A stretch of 64,000 nucleotides of DNA from NCBI GenBank assembly GCA_029547225.1, contig JAKPPS010000040.1, forward strand, positions 42,796 through 106,795, given 5' to 3'. Positions within the stretch are counted from its first letter, which is position 1. Every line of letters begins with the position of its first letter. This document shows positions 9,792-20,487 of the stretch, piece after piece. Source of the stretch: a bacterium (GTDB lineage Bacteria; Patescibacteriota; Dojkabacteria; SC72; WJKH01). A program made the position numbers and the translations under genes. The notes beneath the pieces were generated by a model. The model was given only the letters and a program-made list of their open reading frames with translations. It had not been told where the DNA came from and did no database searches.

Positions 9792-11708
9792 TTAATTCCT
9801 ATCGATATTGATAAAAGTAAAACCTGTTTGAGGTATAGATAAATAGCCTGGAGCTCTTAGATTGTATGTATTTTTAAATTCACTACCAGGCACACTAATT
9901 ACTCCAATATTTGTATTAAAGCTTATGTACTGAGTCTGTGCGTTATCCCCTTGAACATTGTAAGGCATACCAGAAATAGAAGTTATCGGATTCACAAGCA
10001 AATCTCTCATTTCTTGCATAGAATATGGATTGCCACCCAAACCTTGTATAGGACATTGAGATATAGTGACAGGCATAATACGGCTACTATCATAACCACC
10101 TTTCAAACCAGACCCTTTTAATACTAACCAAGTATTTAAAATATCTGCCATTTCTTCTTCACTCATCCAAGAATTTCGTCCACAAGTTGCAGAAGCATCA
10201 TTATATGTTTGTCTATACCATGATCGATAAAACCACGGATGACCTGACATACTTTCCCAAGATCTACTCAACCAATCTCCACTCCCAGTACGATCAGTTG
10301 TATCCCAGCCGACATTATTGACATAACCACCATGTATAGCAGCATATTGTGTGGAAATAGTATTACCATTTGCATCTTGTAATACCCACCCTCTAGTTTC
10401 ATCTACAGCTTGCTTCCAAGCACCCGACTTAAGTGGATAACTAAAAACTTGACAAGCTTGTGTAGCACATATCGCTCCAGCACCATTACTCGTCCTACGG
10501 ATAGCATATGTCCTTGCAATTATTGCTTGCGCTTTTAATGCTTCATAACCCCAGTTCTCTGGCATTTCTTGAATACCATAAAGATAGTCCGTTTCAAAAG
10601 GTATAGGATCAGCATAACCAATTACAGATATTGTTGCCATAGATGGATAGTCTTTGCGCAAAACTGAACCCGGATAATACGCTTGCAAAATCTCCTCTGC
10701 ACTTTGACCAGCTTCAGCTCTGGCATAAGCACCAGTTTGACTCATACCATTACGATGAGTATAGGCACCGATTGAAAATACTCCGAAGTATCCTGAAGGA
10801 GCATTATCCCTAAAACCAGCTAATGTCGCATTATAATCTCCAGTATTTGGCACTGAACCCTCATTAACGATTGTTCCACCTGATCTCGCAACAATAATAG
10901 CTCTTTGTAATTCAGATATTTGATCGCTAAGAGAAGATATTTCTGAAGAAAGCTGGTATTGTTGTGCATATGTTTGATTCATCTGTTCAATAAGCATAGC
11001 CCTCTCAGCTTCAAATGCTCTTTTGGAATCATCTAATGCTTGCTTTTCAGCTTCAATTTGAATTCGAGAATTCTCAATATCCTTTTTTTGCTTCTCTATT
11101 TCTGCAACTTGTTCATTTAGTTCTTTTCCTAAAGCAATCTGATTTTTTAAGGCATATCTTTTGTAGTTTAGTAAACTCCAAGTATCATCTGTGTTCCATT
11201 TCATTAACAATATCTCCATAATACCCATCCGTGAATTCTTGTAGATCTCAGTTGATACATCAGCAATCAGAAGCAGCTTTTCCTCCAAGATACTCTTCTG
11301 TTCCTCAAGCTGAGCTTCTTTTTCTTGCAATAATCTAGTATTCTCTTCTAGTTTTGCATTACTCTGACCCAATTTATCATCTATCATCCATATTTTCTGA
11401 TCTAATGAGACATTACTTGCAGTTATATCCTGTAAAGATTTTCTTGTCTCTGCAAGGATTCGCTCTTTCTCTTGTTTTATTCGTTCTGCTTCTTCAAGCT
11501 GTTGTTCATATTCTTCAGCAGTTGTAGCATACGCTTTTCGTATAAATTGATCAGATATCTGCTTAGGAATTATTAATCCACTAGGGATAGAGAATATCAC
11601 TGTAGTTAAAATAACAAACATAAATGAAACCGAAAAGTACCTCAAATATGACATTTTCTTTTGTATACTGTGGGTTTTATTATTTTGTTTTATCTGGATT
11701 TCTCCCAT
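9792..11708 (-). CDS. Coiled-coil plus SpoIID/LytB-domain peptidoglycan lytic transglycosylase-like protein
   Basis: N-terminal TM, long coiled coil, YLYGIQEMPENWGYEALKAQAIIARTYA, ICATQACQVF. Start placed at ATG 11708 because an extended -10 lies just upstream. Confidence 0.85.
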   Translation of the reverse strand: MGEIQIKQNNKTHSIQKKMSYLRYFSVSFMFVILTTVIFSIPSGLIIPKQISDQFIRKAYATTAEEYEQQLEEAERIKQEKERILAETRKSLQDITASNVSLDQKIWMIDDKLGQSNAKLEENTRLLQEKEAQLEEQKSILEEKLLLIADVSTEIYKNSRMGIMEILLMKWNTDDTWSLLNYKRYALKNQIALGKELNEQVAEIEKQKKDIENSRIQIEAEKQALDDSKRAFEAERAMLIEQMNQTYAQQYQLSSEISSLSDQISELQRAIIVARSGGTIVNEGSVPNTGDYNATLAGFRDNAPSGYFGVFSIGAYTHRNGMSQTGAYARAEAGQSAEEILQAYYPGSVLRKDYPSMATISVIGYADPIPFETDYLYGIQEMPENWGYEALKAQAIIARTYAIRRTSNGAGAICATQACQVFSYPLKSGAWKQAVDETRGWVLQDANGNTISTQYAAIHGGYVNNVGWDTTDRTGSGDWLSRSWESMSGHPWFYRSWYRQTYNDASATCGRNSWMSEEEMADILNTWLVLKGSGLKGGYDSSRIMPVTISQCPIQGLGGNPYSMQEMRDLLVNPITSISGMPYNVQGDNAQTQYISFNTNIGVISVPGSEFKNTYNLRAPGYLSIPQTGFTFINIDRN

Positions 11709-11714
11709 CTTCTG

Positions 11715-11723
11715 ATTATAACA
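11715..11723 (-). promoter_or_regulatory. Extended -10 promoter (TGTTATAAT), probable leaderless transcript
   Basis: TGT-TATAAT-CAGAAG-ATG, a 6-nt spacer to the start codon. Confidence 0.65.
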
Positions 11724-11934
11724 TATTTTGTTAAAAAATATTAACGGACAAGGCATACCATAATTTTATGGTTCAGATTCAATAACTAGAAAAATAATTA
11801 ATTTATTTATGTAGTATCAGAAATTCTTCAACAAAGCGTGTCAATCATAAAGGAGGAATAATTCAACCAAATTGTTGTCTACGATTTTATCATTACGCCA
11901 TTACTATCAATACAAGACAGCAATAAATTTCCAA

Positions 11935-12294
11935 TTACTTAAGAATAAAATCCATAACCAAGCTAAAGATTATCCTTACCATAACAATAAAAAACAACCC
12001 TATTACGGTCCAAGTAATAGTTGAAGATGCTTTTTTAACTTTTTCAGGATCTCCTGCAGAAGATATCCACATGTATCCAGAAAAAATCAACAGTGCAAGA
12101 GCAATAAAAACCGATACAGGTATTAATAAAGATTCTATTTTTGAAATTAATGTAGCAAGAAATGCTCCACTTAACTGTGGAGGATCCTGTACCCCACTAT
12201 TCGCATTAACAGGATTAACGGATATTAAAAATACCTGAAGAACAGATAAAATAAATATTATTATTTTTGAAACATAAGCCTTCAATGTATTCAA
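11935..12294 (-). CDS. VirB2/TrbC-like pilin
   Basis: Signal-like N terminus, then TM-(SGYMWISSAGDPEKVKKA)-TM. Confidence 0.82.
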   Translation of the reverse strand: MNTLKAYVSKIIIFILSVLQVFLISVNPVNANSGVQDPPQLSGAFLATLISKIESLLIPVSVFIALALLIFSGYMWISSAGDPEKVKKASSTITWTVIGLFFIVMVRIIFSLVMDFILK

Positions 12295-12307
12295 TTTCCT
12301 TTATTCT

Positions 12308-12676
12308 TTAAATACCAACGATATTTTTAATAACAAAATTGACAATAAGAATTGAGAAGAAACATATTACTAGACCGATAATAGCATAGGTAATACCCTT
12401 TGTTGCACCTTTAATTTTATCCTCATCACCATTTGCCGTAATATATCGAATACCGTTCCATATTAACATTACTACCGCAACTAATGCAGTCAATCCAATA
12501 CCCCAATTAAGGAGATCAATTATAATTACCTGTAAGTCACCCTCAGCACGAGGTCCCTTAACTTTGTTTACCCATGTCTCCCATGTCTCCTGAGCTGAAA
12601 CAGCCATAGTTGAAGAGGCTAAAACAACGGCTGAAGTACTTAATTTTGCGTATAACGACACTAATTTATTTTTCAT
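12308..12676 (-). CDS. VirB2/TrbC-like pilin
   Basis: GIRYITANGDEDKIKGATKGITYAIIGLVI. Confidence 0.85.
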   Translation of the reverse strand: MKNKLVSLYAKLSTSAVVLASSTMAVSAQETWETWVNKVKGPRAEGDLQVIIIDLLNWGIGLTALVAVVMLIWNGIRYITANGDEDKIKGATKGITYAIIGLVICFFSILIVNFVIKNIVGI

Positions 12677-12751
12677 TTTTTAATTATTAAAAATTAATAT
12701 AATTTATAATTACTTATTTTACACTAAAAAAACTATAATTTCAATATTATT

Positions 12752-13087
12752 TTAAGCTAAAATTTTTCCCATAATAAATCTAATGATTAGTTGTGATAAA
12801 AAAATAATCACTAAACCAATTATCGCATTAACAATCGTACCTGTACCTTTTTTAATTTTGTCCGCATCACCATTAGCAGTAATATATGTAACGCCTCCCC
12901 AAACAATAAAGGCTAAAGCAACTACTGAAGAGATCACTACTGCCGTAGATAAAAATGAAGCAACCTTAGCCAATATTACATCACCGGAACCCGTCTCAGA
13001 TTGAAGAGAGGATACAACTGGATTATTGACACCAAACCAACCTACTAGACAAGTCGAATATTTAATTGTACTTATTATATTTATCAT
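12752..13087 (-). CDS. VirB2/TrbC-like pilin
   Basis: GGVTYITANGDADKIKKGTGTIVNAIIGLVI. Confidence 0.85.
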   Translation of the reverse strand: MINIISTIKYSTCLVGWFGVNNPVVSSLQSETGSGDVILAKVASFLSTAVVISSVVALAFIVWGGVTYITANGDADKIKKGTGTIVNAIIGLVIIFLSQLIIRFIMGKILA

Positions 13088-13524
13088 GATGATGGATTAT
13101 TAGGATCAAATTGAATATTTAGACCAAGGACTTTATTTATAATAACCAATATTACAATAGAAAGCATGATAATTGCAAATCCAGTAATAGCATTAGTTAT
13201 TATTTCTTTAGATTCCTTAAGCTTATCTGGATCTCCTTTACTCAACATAATCGTAATACCTGCATACACCAGTAAGATTATCGCACATAATACTCCCGCG
13301 GGTATAGCAATAACTATTAACTTGTTTACAAATTCAGTTATTACATCTGTCGGTTGACCACCTTGAGTTGTTGTAGTAGTAGTCGTATTAATAAAATCGT
13401 CCACAGTATCTCCAAAACTAGGCCCGAAAGCATCACTATCTCCATTAGCGATCAGGAAAATAAAAGGAATCTGTATGATTTTTGCAAAAATTAATGATAA
13501 GTTCATAAATACAATATTATACAC
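13084..13524 (-). CDS. VirB2/TrbC-like pilin (start may be ATG 13506)
   Basis: AGITIMLSKGDPDKLKESKEIITNAITG; contains a poly-Thr stretch. Confidence 0.8.
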   Translation of the reverse strand: MYNIVFMNLSLIFAKIIQIPFIFLIANGDSDAFGPSFGDTVDDFINTTTTTTTQGGQPTDVITEFVNKLIVIAIPAGVLCAIILLVYAGITIMLSKGDPDKLKESKEIITNAITGFAIIMLSIVILVIINKVLGLNIQFDPNNPSS

Positions 13525-16500
13525 TATAAATACGCATCATCACAAATAGATAAATAATCGCAATATTTACACATAAAACCAGGCCTAGCAATAAAGTTCT
13601 CTGCCAATATTTCATTTTTAACTTCAGCTATTAAGCTAAGTAATTTTGCTTTTATTTTCTCATCAATTTCGACATCTAATATCTCACTACCATCTAGATA
13701 AATTATTTTAGCCTTTTGAACTATCAAATTTTGACTTTCTTCTAGAACTAAAGCATAAAGTGCAAGTTGAAGTTGATAGTCTGAATCTTTATCTTCTTTT
13801 TTTTCACCCGTTTTGTAATCGATAACCGTTACAACATTTTTACCGTCTTCCTCGCCTACTTTATCAATACGGTCAATTGCACCGGTAAATGCTAAATCCA
13901 AAATATTATAGGAGAATTTTCGTTCAAGGTCTATGGGATACTCGTCAACAGAATAAAGTTTCTCAAAGTATTGTTTAATTGTATTTTTAGCTCTGTTTAA
14001 CTGTAATTCTTTTTGCTCAACTGAATCGTATCCGATATCTGACCAATTGGCGTCAAGACATTTCTCGAGAAATTCAAAGTCTGGCTGCTGAACTATACCT
14101 GGCAATGATTCTTTATATTGTTTTTGCTTCTCATAAAAGGACTTTAGAGTATTATGTATCACCCTTCCATAAGTCTGACTAGCACTGGGTTCACCTGGAA
14201 CAAGCTGTAAATATTTATATCGATACTGTTTAGGACATTTTCTATATTGGTTAAATGAGGTGAAGCTTAAAGATAATTTTTTCCTTTGATATGTTACCAG
14301 GAATTTTACCATCTCATCTTCGATAACATTTGACGAGAATGATTTTTCAATCGTGTTAATATTATTGTTTATTGTGCCATTAATTTCATTATCTATCACA
14401 TCTGTTTCCTCTTTATTTTGAGAATATTCTTTATCAAGATCGACTTTGCGATTCAGAAGTTCTTCAATAAAGATACTCGGCTGTTTCTTCCTTACTCCAC
14501 CATAATTTTCGGCTGCTGTAAGATACAACTTCTCTTTTGCTCTTGTAGCACCGACATAAAAAAGGCGTCTTTCTTCTTGCAAATGAGCCATCTTTTCATC
14601 TTTTTCTCCAAGTACTTCCTTGATTAATTCCTCAGGGATAGGTAAACGATCTGACATATACCTTGAAGGGAATCTTTCGGAAGAAAGATTGACAAGAAAA
14701 ACAACAGGAAATTCTAATCCTTTAGAAGAATGAACTGTCATAATATTTACAGCATTTAGATCATCCATTGATTCCTGTTCGACTGAAGGACTCTCACCAA
14801 TCTCAATGCTGTAATTTAAATAATCAATATAGTCATAAAGATTTGTATCTTTACTATCTTGTTCAAACTTCTTAATCGTATCAAAATATTTGCTAATATT
14901 CTGAATTTTAAAAACATCTTCTTGATTAGATGAATTGGCTAGCTGTGACATATACCCACTCTGTTTAAAGAAATTTAAGAGAATATTTCCAATCGATCTA
15001 TTCTCTTTAACCATCTTTAATGAATAATCAAAAATCTGTAGAAAATTTGATAAACTTGCAATTGCTTCTTTTGAAAAAGTAATATCCCTTTGATTCTTTG
15101 GATTTCCTTGATTAACGTCTGTAAAATTATCTTCACCCAATTTTATACCCCACTGAGCTTCAAGCCAGTTAATAATATTTATCTTATCTCTGCGAGAACC
15201 TTGCATGATTTCCGCAACTTCACGCCCTGATAATTTCCAACAATCCATCACGAGTAAGTTATAAGCATCAACATTTTTATTAAAGTCATTTAGTAATTTC
15301 AAAAATGAAATTAGCACTCCTACTTCTGGACGATTATATAGTCCTCTCGGTCCGACAAATTTGAAAGGAATACCTTTGTATTTAAATGCCTGGACAAACT
15401 CATCAATATGCTTATTAGCACGCACTAATACTGCAATATCAGAAAAATTATAATTGGAATTATTACTCACTGTACTATTTGTATCTACAAAAGATGATTG
15501 TCCCTCATCGTTAAATTTCCCTATTAAAACGGAATTATCACTATTACCTGTAAGCTTCAATATCTCTTCAGACACTAATTCTGCTTCATGCACACCTGTA
15601 TCAGTAGCGATAAGATTCACAGGTTCTTCAATTATTTTATCTGTAGCTTTATTAGCAATGAGCTTCTTGTTTATATTTTCAGTTATTTCAAGGCGATGTG
15701 GATTATTATTTGAGATTAATGAGTAAGCAGAATCTAAAATTTTCTGCTCGTTACGGTAATTCCTTGTAAGAACGATATTTGTAGCAGAAGGATATATTTT
15801 CTTAAATTGAAGAATATTTGAGATTGCTGCACCTCGAAACTTATATATTGCTTGATCATCATCTCCAACAACTGTAATATTGGATTTTTTTGATGCTTGA
15901 GTAATTTTCTTCTGTATTTCTGGAGAGCATTTTCCAGTCCCTGCAATTTCAATATACTTGGGATCAACATTTATTGCTAAGGTATTTATAAGCACATTTT
16001 GAGTAAAATTTGTGTCTTGAAACTCATCAACTAAAATATACTTATATTGTTGACGATATTTTTGGAGTGTAATAGGACTTTCGCGAAGTAATTTTAGTGC
16101 GAGATTAATAACATCTCCAAAATCTAGTTTAGACTCATCTATTTTCAACTGACTATAAACTTTATATGTTTCTGACAACTCTTTGAGTCTTTCATAGTGC
16201 TCTTTCTCTTCTTGAGTGTCTTGCTTAAGTTTTGTTACATAATCAATATAATCATCTGGACGAATATCTTCATCTTGCAAGCGACTAAAGTGTTTTAATA
16301 TCTCCGTAATATATGACGATGGATTTCCAATAGGTCTAAGCTTTTGCAGAGGAAACTTGTACAGATTCTTTCTAAAAAGCATATAAGCTTGAGCTTGAGT
16401 CATTAGCGTAAAATTAATATCTAGACCTATATTCAGTGCCTCTTGCCTAAGTAATTTCTCGCAAAAGGAATGAAAAGTTGAGATATTCACTTCTTCATAA

Positions 16501-16733
16501 CCCAATGGCATCGCAGTATCAACACGATCAAGCATTTCTTTTGAAGCTTTATCAGTAAAAGTAAGTGCTAAGATTTCTGATGGTTTAGCCCATCCTTGCT
16601 CGATAATATTAATAATTCGAGTTGTGATTACTTTTGTTTTTCCAGTACCTGCTCCGGCAATAATAAGTAATGGCCCTTGATTATGATTTACGGCTTCAAT
16701 TTGTTCATCATTTAGTTTTTGTGTTAATTCCAT
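13524..16733 (-). CDS. UvrD/PcrA-family helicase fused to a C-terminal PD-(D/E)XK nuclease with Fe-S staple cysteines (AdnA/B- or AddA-like)
   Basis: AGAGTGKT, VDEFQDTN, VGDDDQAIY, TVHSSKGLEF, EERRLFYV; nuclease CPKQY..GAIDRID..IDYKTG..QLALY..CKYCDYLSIC. Confidence 0.93.
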   Translation of the reverse strand: MELTQKLNDEQIEAVNHNQGPLLIIAGAGTGKTKVITTRIINIIEQGWAKPSEILALTFTDKASKEMLDRVDTAMPLGYEEVNISTFHSFCEKLLRQEALNIGLDINFTLMTQAQAYMLFRKNLYKFPLQKLRPIGNPSSYITEILKHFSRLQDEDIRPDDYIDYVTKLKQDTQEEKEHYERLKELSETYKVYSQLKIDESKLDFGDVINLALKLLRESPITLQKYRQQYKYILVDEFQDTNFTQNVLINTLAINVDPKYIEIAGTGKCSPEIQKKITQASKKSNITVVGDDDQAIYKFRGAAISNILQFKKIYPSATNIVLTRNYRNEQKILDSAYSLISNNNPHRLEITENINKKLIANKATDKIIEEPVNLIATDTGVHEAELVSEEILKLTGNSDNSVLIGKFNDEGQSSFVDTNSTVSNNSNYNFSDIAVLVRANKHIDEFVQAFKYKGIPFKFVGPRGLYNRPEVGVLISFLKLLNDFNKNVDAYNLLVMDCWKLSGREVAEIMQGSRRDKINIINWLEAQWGIKLGEDNFTDVNQGNPKNQRDITFSKEAIASLSNFLQIFDYSLKMVKENRSIGNILLNFFKQSGYMSQLANSSNQEDVFKIQNISKYFDTIKKFEQDSKDTNLYDYIDYLNYSIEIGESPSVEQESMDDLNAVNIMTVHSSKGLEFPVVFLVNLSSERFPSRYMSDRLPIPEELIKEVLGEKDEKMAHLQEERRLFYVGATRAKEKLYLTAAENYGGVRKKQPSIFIEELLNRKVDLDKEYSQNKEETDVIDNEINGTINNNINTIEKSFSSNVIEDEMVKFLVTYQRKKLSLSFTSFNQYRKCPKQYRYKYLQLVPGEPSASQTYGRVIHNTLKSFYEKQKQYKESLPGIVQQPDFEFLEKCLDANWSDIGYDSVEQKELQLNRAKNTIKQYFEKLYSVDEYPIDLERKFSYNILDLAFTGAIDRIDKVGEEDGKNVVTVIDYKTGEKKEDKDSDYQLQLALYALVLEESQNLIVQKAKIIYLDGSEILDVEIDEKIKAKLLSLIAEVKNEILAENFIARPGFMCKYCDYLSICDDAYL

Positions 16734-16964
16734 AGTAGTTATTATTCTGCATTTTCTTACTTATGACAAGTAGATAATATTTGTACTGTTTTATCATGAT
16801 TTGATCTGATAATAAATGTATATTTTAATTAGATTAATTAATCCTTGATAGAAGGGTTTTTCGGCTAAATTTTGATATCACATTGTCGAAATAAAAATAA
16901 TACTGACAATTGGGATTCGATTTTTTGGATTTCATAATTATTTAACACTGTTTTAATAATTATA

Positions 16965-19900
16965 GTGCAAAATAATACTATGATTGAAACAGATAAGAAT
17001 AAAAGAATTATACAAATTTCCGTAGTAATTCTATCAATTGCACTAATCCCTTTACTCGTAACATACTTCAATTTAATTAATGAAAAGCTTGAATTACCAA
17101 ACAAAACTTATAGTCAGATAGTAGAAAATACAGGCTTAATAGAAAACTATACAGAATATGACCAAACTAACGCTATAGAAAAAGTAAGTTTATTAAATAG
17201 TAATCCATCAGATATCCAAAATGAAATAAATGCTAACATCGAGATAGATGAAGAAAATCTTGGAAATAACAATGCCGACAATTTGATAAGTACTGTTCAA
17301 AATATACCTATATCGACAATCAAGTTAGGAATAACCGAAGACACTTACACTGAGAGTGGCTATCCATATGCTAGTCCTTGGGATACACGAAGTTTTTTAG
17401 TCGGATACGATAATCAATGGATGAAACAGAAAACTCGTTCATATCTTAAGTATTCACTTGCAGATTTTGCAATCTATGAGATTTTACCAAGAGATATTGT
17501 TTCTGCTGAATTAAACATTTGGCAGTATTACAATGAAAGCAATAGTGATTATCAAGTCGATATAGGAGTACCAAGCAGCAATTGGTCACAATACAACATA
17601 AATTGGTTCAATCAGCCATCATCAGATAATTATTACTCATATACAATCAGTAAAACGATTGGTCGGAAAACATTAGAAATCAAAAGTATTGTTTTCAATC
17701 AACTTGTAAATAACAATTGGGAGAATGGAATATCACTTATTGCATCAAACGAAAATTTAAATGGCGGTATCTTTTGGAGCAATGCTTGCATATATACACC
17801 TGATCTTCCTCGATGTGAACCAGGACAAGAACCATTTGTATTAGTCAGCTATAAGCAGAATGTGCCTCCTACAAAAGCAAATCTACAATACCCAATAAAT
17901 AGTAACGGAAATCCAGAATATATTGATAATAGGAATATTATTTTTAATTGGGGAATTTCACAAGATCCTAATGAAGATGAAATAACATATTATGTTGAAA
18001 TTTCTGACGCTCAAGATTTTTCAACAATTCTTCATAATTCGGAGGGTCTATCCGAGAATAAATATGAATATACTTTTGAAGAAGATGGTCTGTATTTTTG
18101 GCGAATAAAATCCGAAGACAACCGAATTAAAAATAAGTGCCATACATATTCAGATATAGCATATTTTGAAATAGATACTACCGCACCAGATGTACCTAAG
18201 ATTGATTTTATTCCTCCTGTAACCTACGGAAATAATATTGTCCTCTCTTGGCAATTTAATACAGGATCAGAATCGAACCCAGTAACTTTCGGCATAGAGA
18301 AAATATGTGATACAAATGGAGAACAACTGATATGTGAAGAAAAAAGTACTGCTTATCTTAATGAGCTCTTTACTAATGAGATTGAAGATGTAATTTTTTG
18401 TTACAGAGTATTTGCAAGAGATCATTTGGGCCATCAGAGCGAATATTCGGAGACAATGTGTTCAAGACACGATTTTACTCCGCCAATTTTTACGACCTTC
18501 TCTGTAGGACAACAATACTTATCACCACAAAGTAGTCCAGAAGTGCAAGATAAATTAGAAATCTCATATTCATTAAAAGAAACTAATTTAACTAATGCAT
18601 CATTAATCGTTGAAAATCAAAATAGAGAAATCGTAATAGAAACTCCTATTACAGAAATTGAGGATACTTTAATCCCTGATATTCAAAATCTACCCGAGGG
18701 GAATTATTTTGTTTATGCATCAGCATTAGATATTGTAGGCCAAGTTTCTTTATCTCAGATGATTCCCTTTATTATTGATAACACCCCTCCTTTAAAGCCA
18801 AATATAATCTCCCCGACAAATAATCTCTTGAGTAATCAAAAAGAAATAAAGTTTGAAGCTTTAATAGATCCTTATGCAAAAACTGAAGTTTTAACTTCGA
18901 TTAATAGTAATAGCCAAGAAAACAAGTCGATTTTCACTACCGAACTTTCAAGCCGTTTTAAAAGTAAACTTTCTGCAGATGCGAATACCCTTTACGAAGG
19001 TCTTAATAAAATAAAAGTTGTAACAAAAGATAGAGCAGGAAATTCTTCTGAAAGTATTATTGAATTTCTAACTGATTGGACAAAACCTACAAAACCGATT
19101 ATTGAACTCTCTGCAGATGATCAATCAAAAAATCTATATGCAACAATATCTTCAGTCGGAGCTGATAAATATTACATTTATAATTTAGCCGGATTACATG
19201 CGGTAACAGAAAATACTTCTGGTAAAATATTACTAGTAGAAAACTGGTCAGGTAATAGTACATACTCTTTTTCAGCTGTTGCAACTGATAAATCAGGAAA
19301 TATTAGTGAGAGGTCAGAAATTTATTCTTACACTACCCCTTCAGTAAAAGGGGCTTCTTTATTCGGGATAGGTTCAATTATTGATCCTTCTTTTAAACCT
19401 GCATTAATACCTCTTACCTCTCAATGTTTATATAAATATCAAATAACCGACAATCTTATTACAAAAGTGAGTTGCAATCTCTCAGCGCCAACAATTGAAA
19501 AGAATTATAATTATTCCTCAAACAAAGAAAAGTACTTAGTTAGAACATATGGAGCTGATAACGACAAATTATCACTCACAGTAGAGGCTTACCGGTGTAA
19601 AAAGAAATCATTTTTCGATCCACGTACTTGGTTTAAATGTTTTGAAGAGCAATTACCATCAAAGACTAATGTGATTTCAACATATGGTGCTGTATATGGT
19701 ATTTTTCCTGATTCAAGAAATCATTTTGCTGTACGAGAAACAATCAACGATACAGGTGTAAGATTAGATTTCTTTAAAAATGGAGATTATTCTGGACAAA
19801 ATATTTCGATAGAAAAGGAGATGATTTTTTCGCAGAAAATAGGTCAAAGCTGGTTAGATTTTCATGAAACTGTACCTAGATCAAATGAACAAATAATCTC

Positions 19901-20447
19901 TCAATTGATATATAACCCGATTGGAGATGGGTCGAATAAATACTTCAGATTTCCTTTCAATAAGGTTGTTGGTGTAACACAATGGCACGGATATACAGCC
20001 TTTCAGAGTCCGCATATGGGCATTGATTTTGGGGTTTATCGAGAACCAATATACGCAATAGCTGATGGATATGTAGGATATGTTGGTTGGGATAATTTCG
20101 GAGGTGAATGTCTTACTGGTGGCAATATGATTAAAATTATCCACGATAATGGCATGAGCAGTTTGTACGCACATTTAGAGAATTATAAAAAGGCTGATGG
20201 TACAGATTTAGTTTATGGGGAAAGAGTGAAAAAAGGCGATTTAATTGGGCTGACTGGTAATAGCGGTTACTATAATTGTGAACCGCTGGGCTATCATCTG
20301 CATTTTGAATTACGAAAGGATCAATGGCAAAGCTCTCATATTAATCCGACAGATTGGATCGATGTTGATTGGAATGCGATAAATACTCTTAACGCAGATT
20401 GGTATCCAGGAAGATTATCTGGTGATAATCCCCACCCTACTTTTTAA
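16965..20447 (+). CDS. Large membrane-anchored M23 peptidase with DNRLRE/CBM96-like, Fn3 and Ig-like domains
   Basis: N-terminal TM; DTY..RSYLKY..SAELNIW..W..INW.NQP; YFWRIKSED; DTTAP/DNTPP linkers; HMGIDFG, YAHL, HLHFELR. Confidence 0.88.
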   Translation: MQNNTMIETDKNKRIIQISVVILSIALIPLLVTYFNLINEKLELPNKTYSQIVENTGLIENYTEYDQTNAIEKVSLLNSNPSDIQNEINANIEIDEENLGNNNADNLISTVQNIPISTIKLGITEDTYTESGYPYASPWDTRSFLVGYDNQWMKQKTRSYLKYSLADFAIYEILPRDIVSAELNIWQYYNESNSDYQVDIGVPSSNWSQYNINWFNQPSSDNYYSYTISKTIGRKTLEIKSIVFNQLVNNNWENGISLIASNENLNGGIFWSNACIYTPDLPRCEPGQEPFVLVSYKQNVPPTKANLQYPINSNGNPEYIDNRNIIFNWGISQDPNEDEITYYVEISDAQDFSTILHNSEGLSENKYEYTFEEDGLYFWRIKSEDNRIKNKCHTYSDIAYFEIDTTAPDVPKIDFIPPVTYGNNIVLSWQFNTGSESNPVTFGIEKICDTNGEQLICEEKSTAYLNELFTNEIEDVIFCYRVFARDHLGHQSEYSETMCSRHDFTPPIFTTFSVGQQYLSPQSSPEVQDKLEISYSLKETNLTNASLIVENQNREIVIETPITEIEDTLIPDIQNLPEGNYFVYASALDIVGQVSLSQMIPFIIDNTPPLKPNIISPTNNLLSNQKEIKFEALIDPYAKTEVLTSINSNSQENKSIFTTELSSRFKSKLSADANTLYEGLNKIKVVTKDRAGNSSESIIEFLTDWTKPTKPIIELSADDQSKNLYATISSVGADKYYIYNLAGLHAVTENTSGKILLVENWSGNSTYSFSAVATDKSGNISERSEIYSYTTPSVKGASLFGIGSIIDPSFKPALIPLTSQCLYKYQITDNLITKVSCNLSAPTIEKNYNYSSNKEKYLVRTYGADNDKLSLTVEAYRCKKKSFFDPRTWFKCFEEQLPSKTNVISTYGAVYGIFPDSRNHFAVRETINDTGVRLDFFKNGDYSGQNISIEKEMIFSQKIGQSWLDFHETVPRSNEQIISQLIYNPIGDGSNKYFRFPFNKVVGVTQWHGYTAFQSPHMGIDFGVYREPIYAIADGYVGYVGWDNFGGECLTGGNMIKIIHDNGMSSLYAHLENYKKADGTDLVYGERVKKGDLIGLTGNSGYYNCEPLGYHLHFELRKDQWQSSHINPTDWIDVDWNAINTLNADWYPGRLSGDNPHPTF

Positions 20448-20487
20448 TAGTTATTTTGGTAATTAATATTTTATTTTGCTTTTTTAT

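Noticed and set aside
11935..13524. Pilins as evidence of a conjugative element
   Set aside because: No relaxase, coupling protein, VirB4, integrase or att sites; context is chromosomal housekeeping
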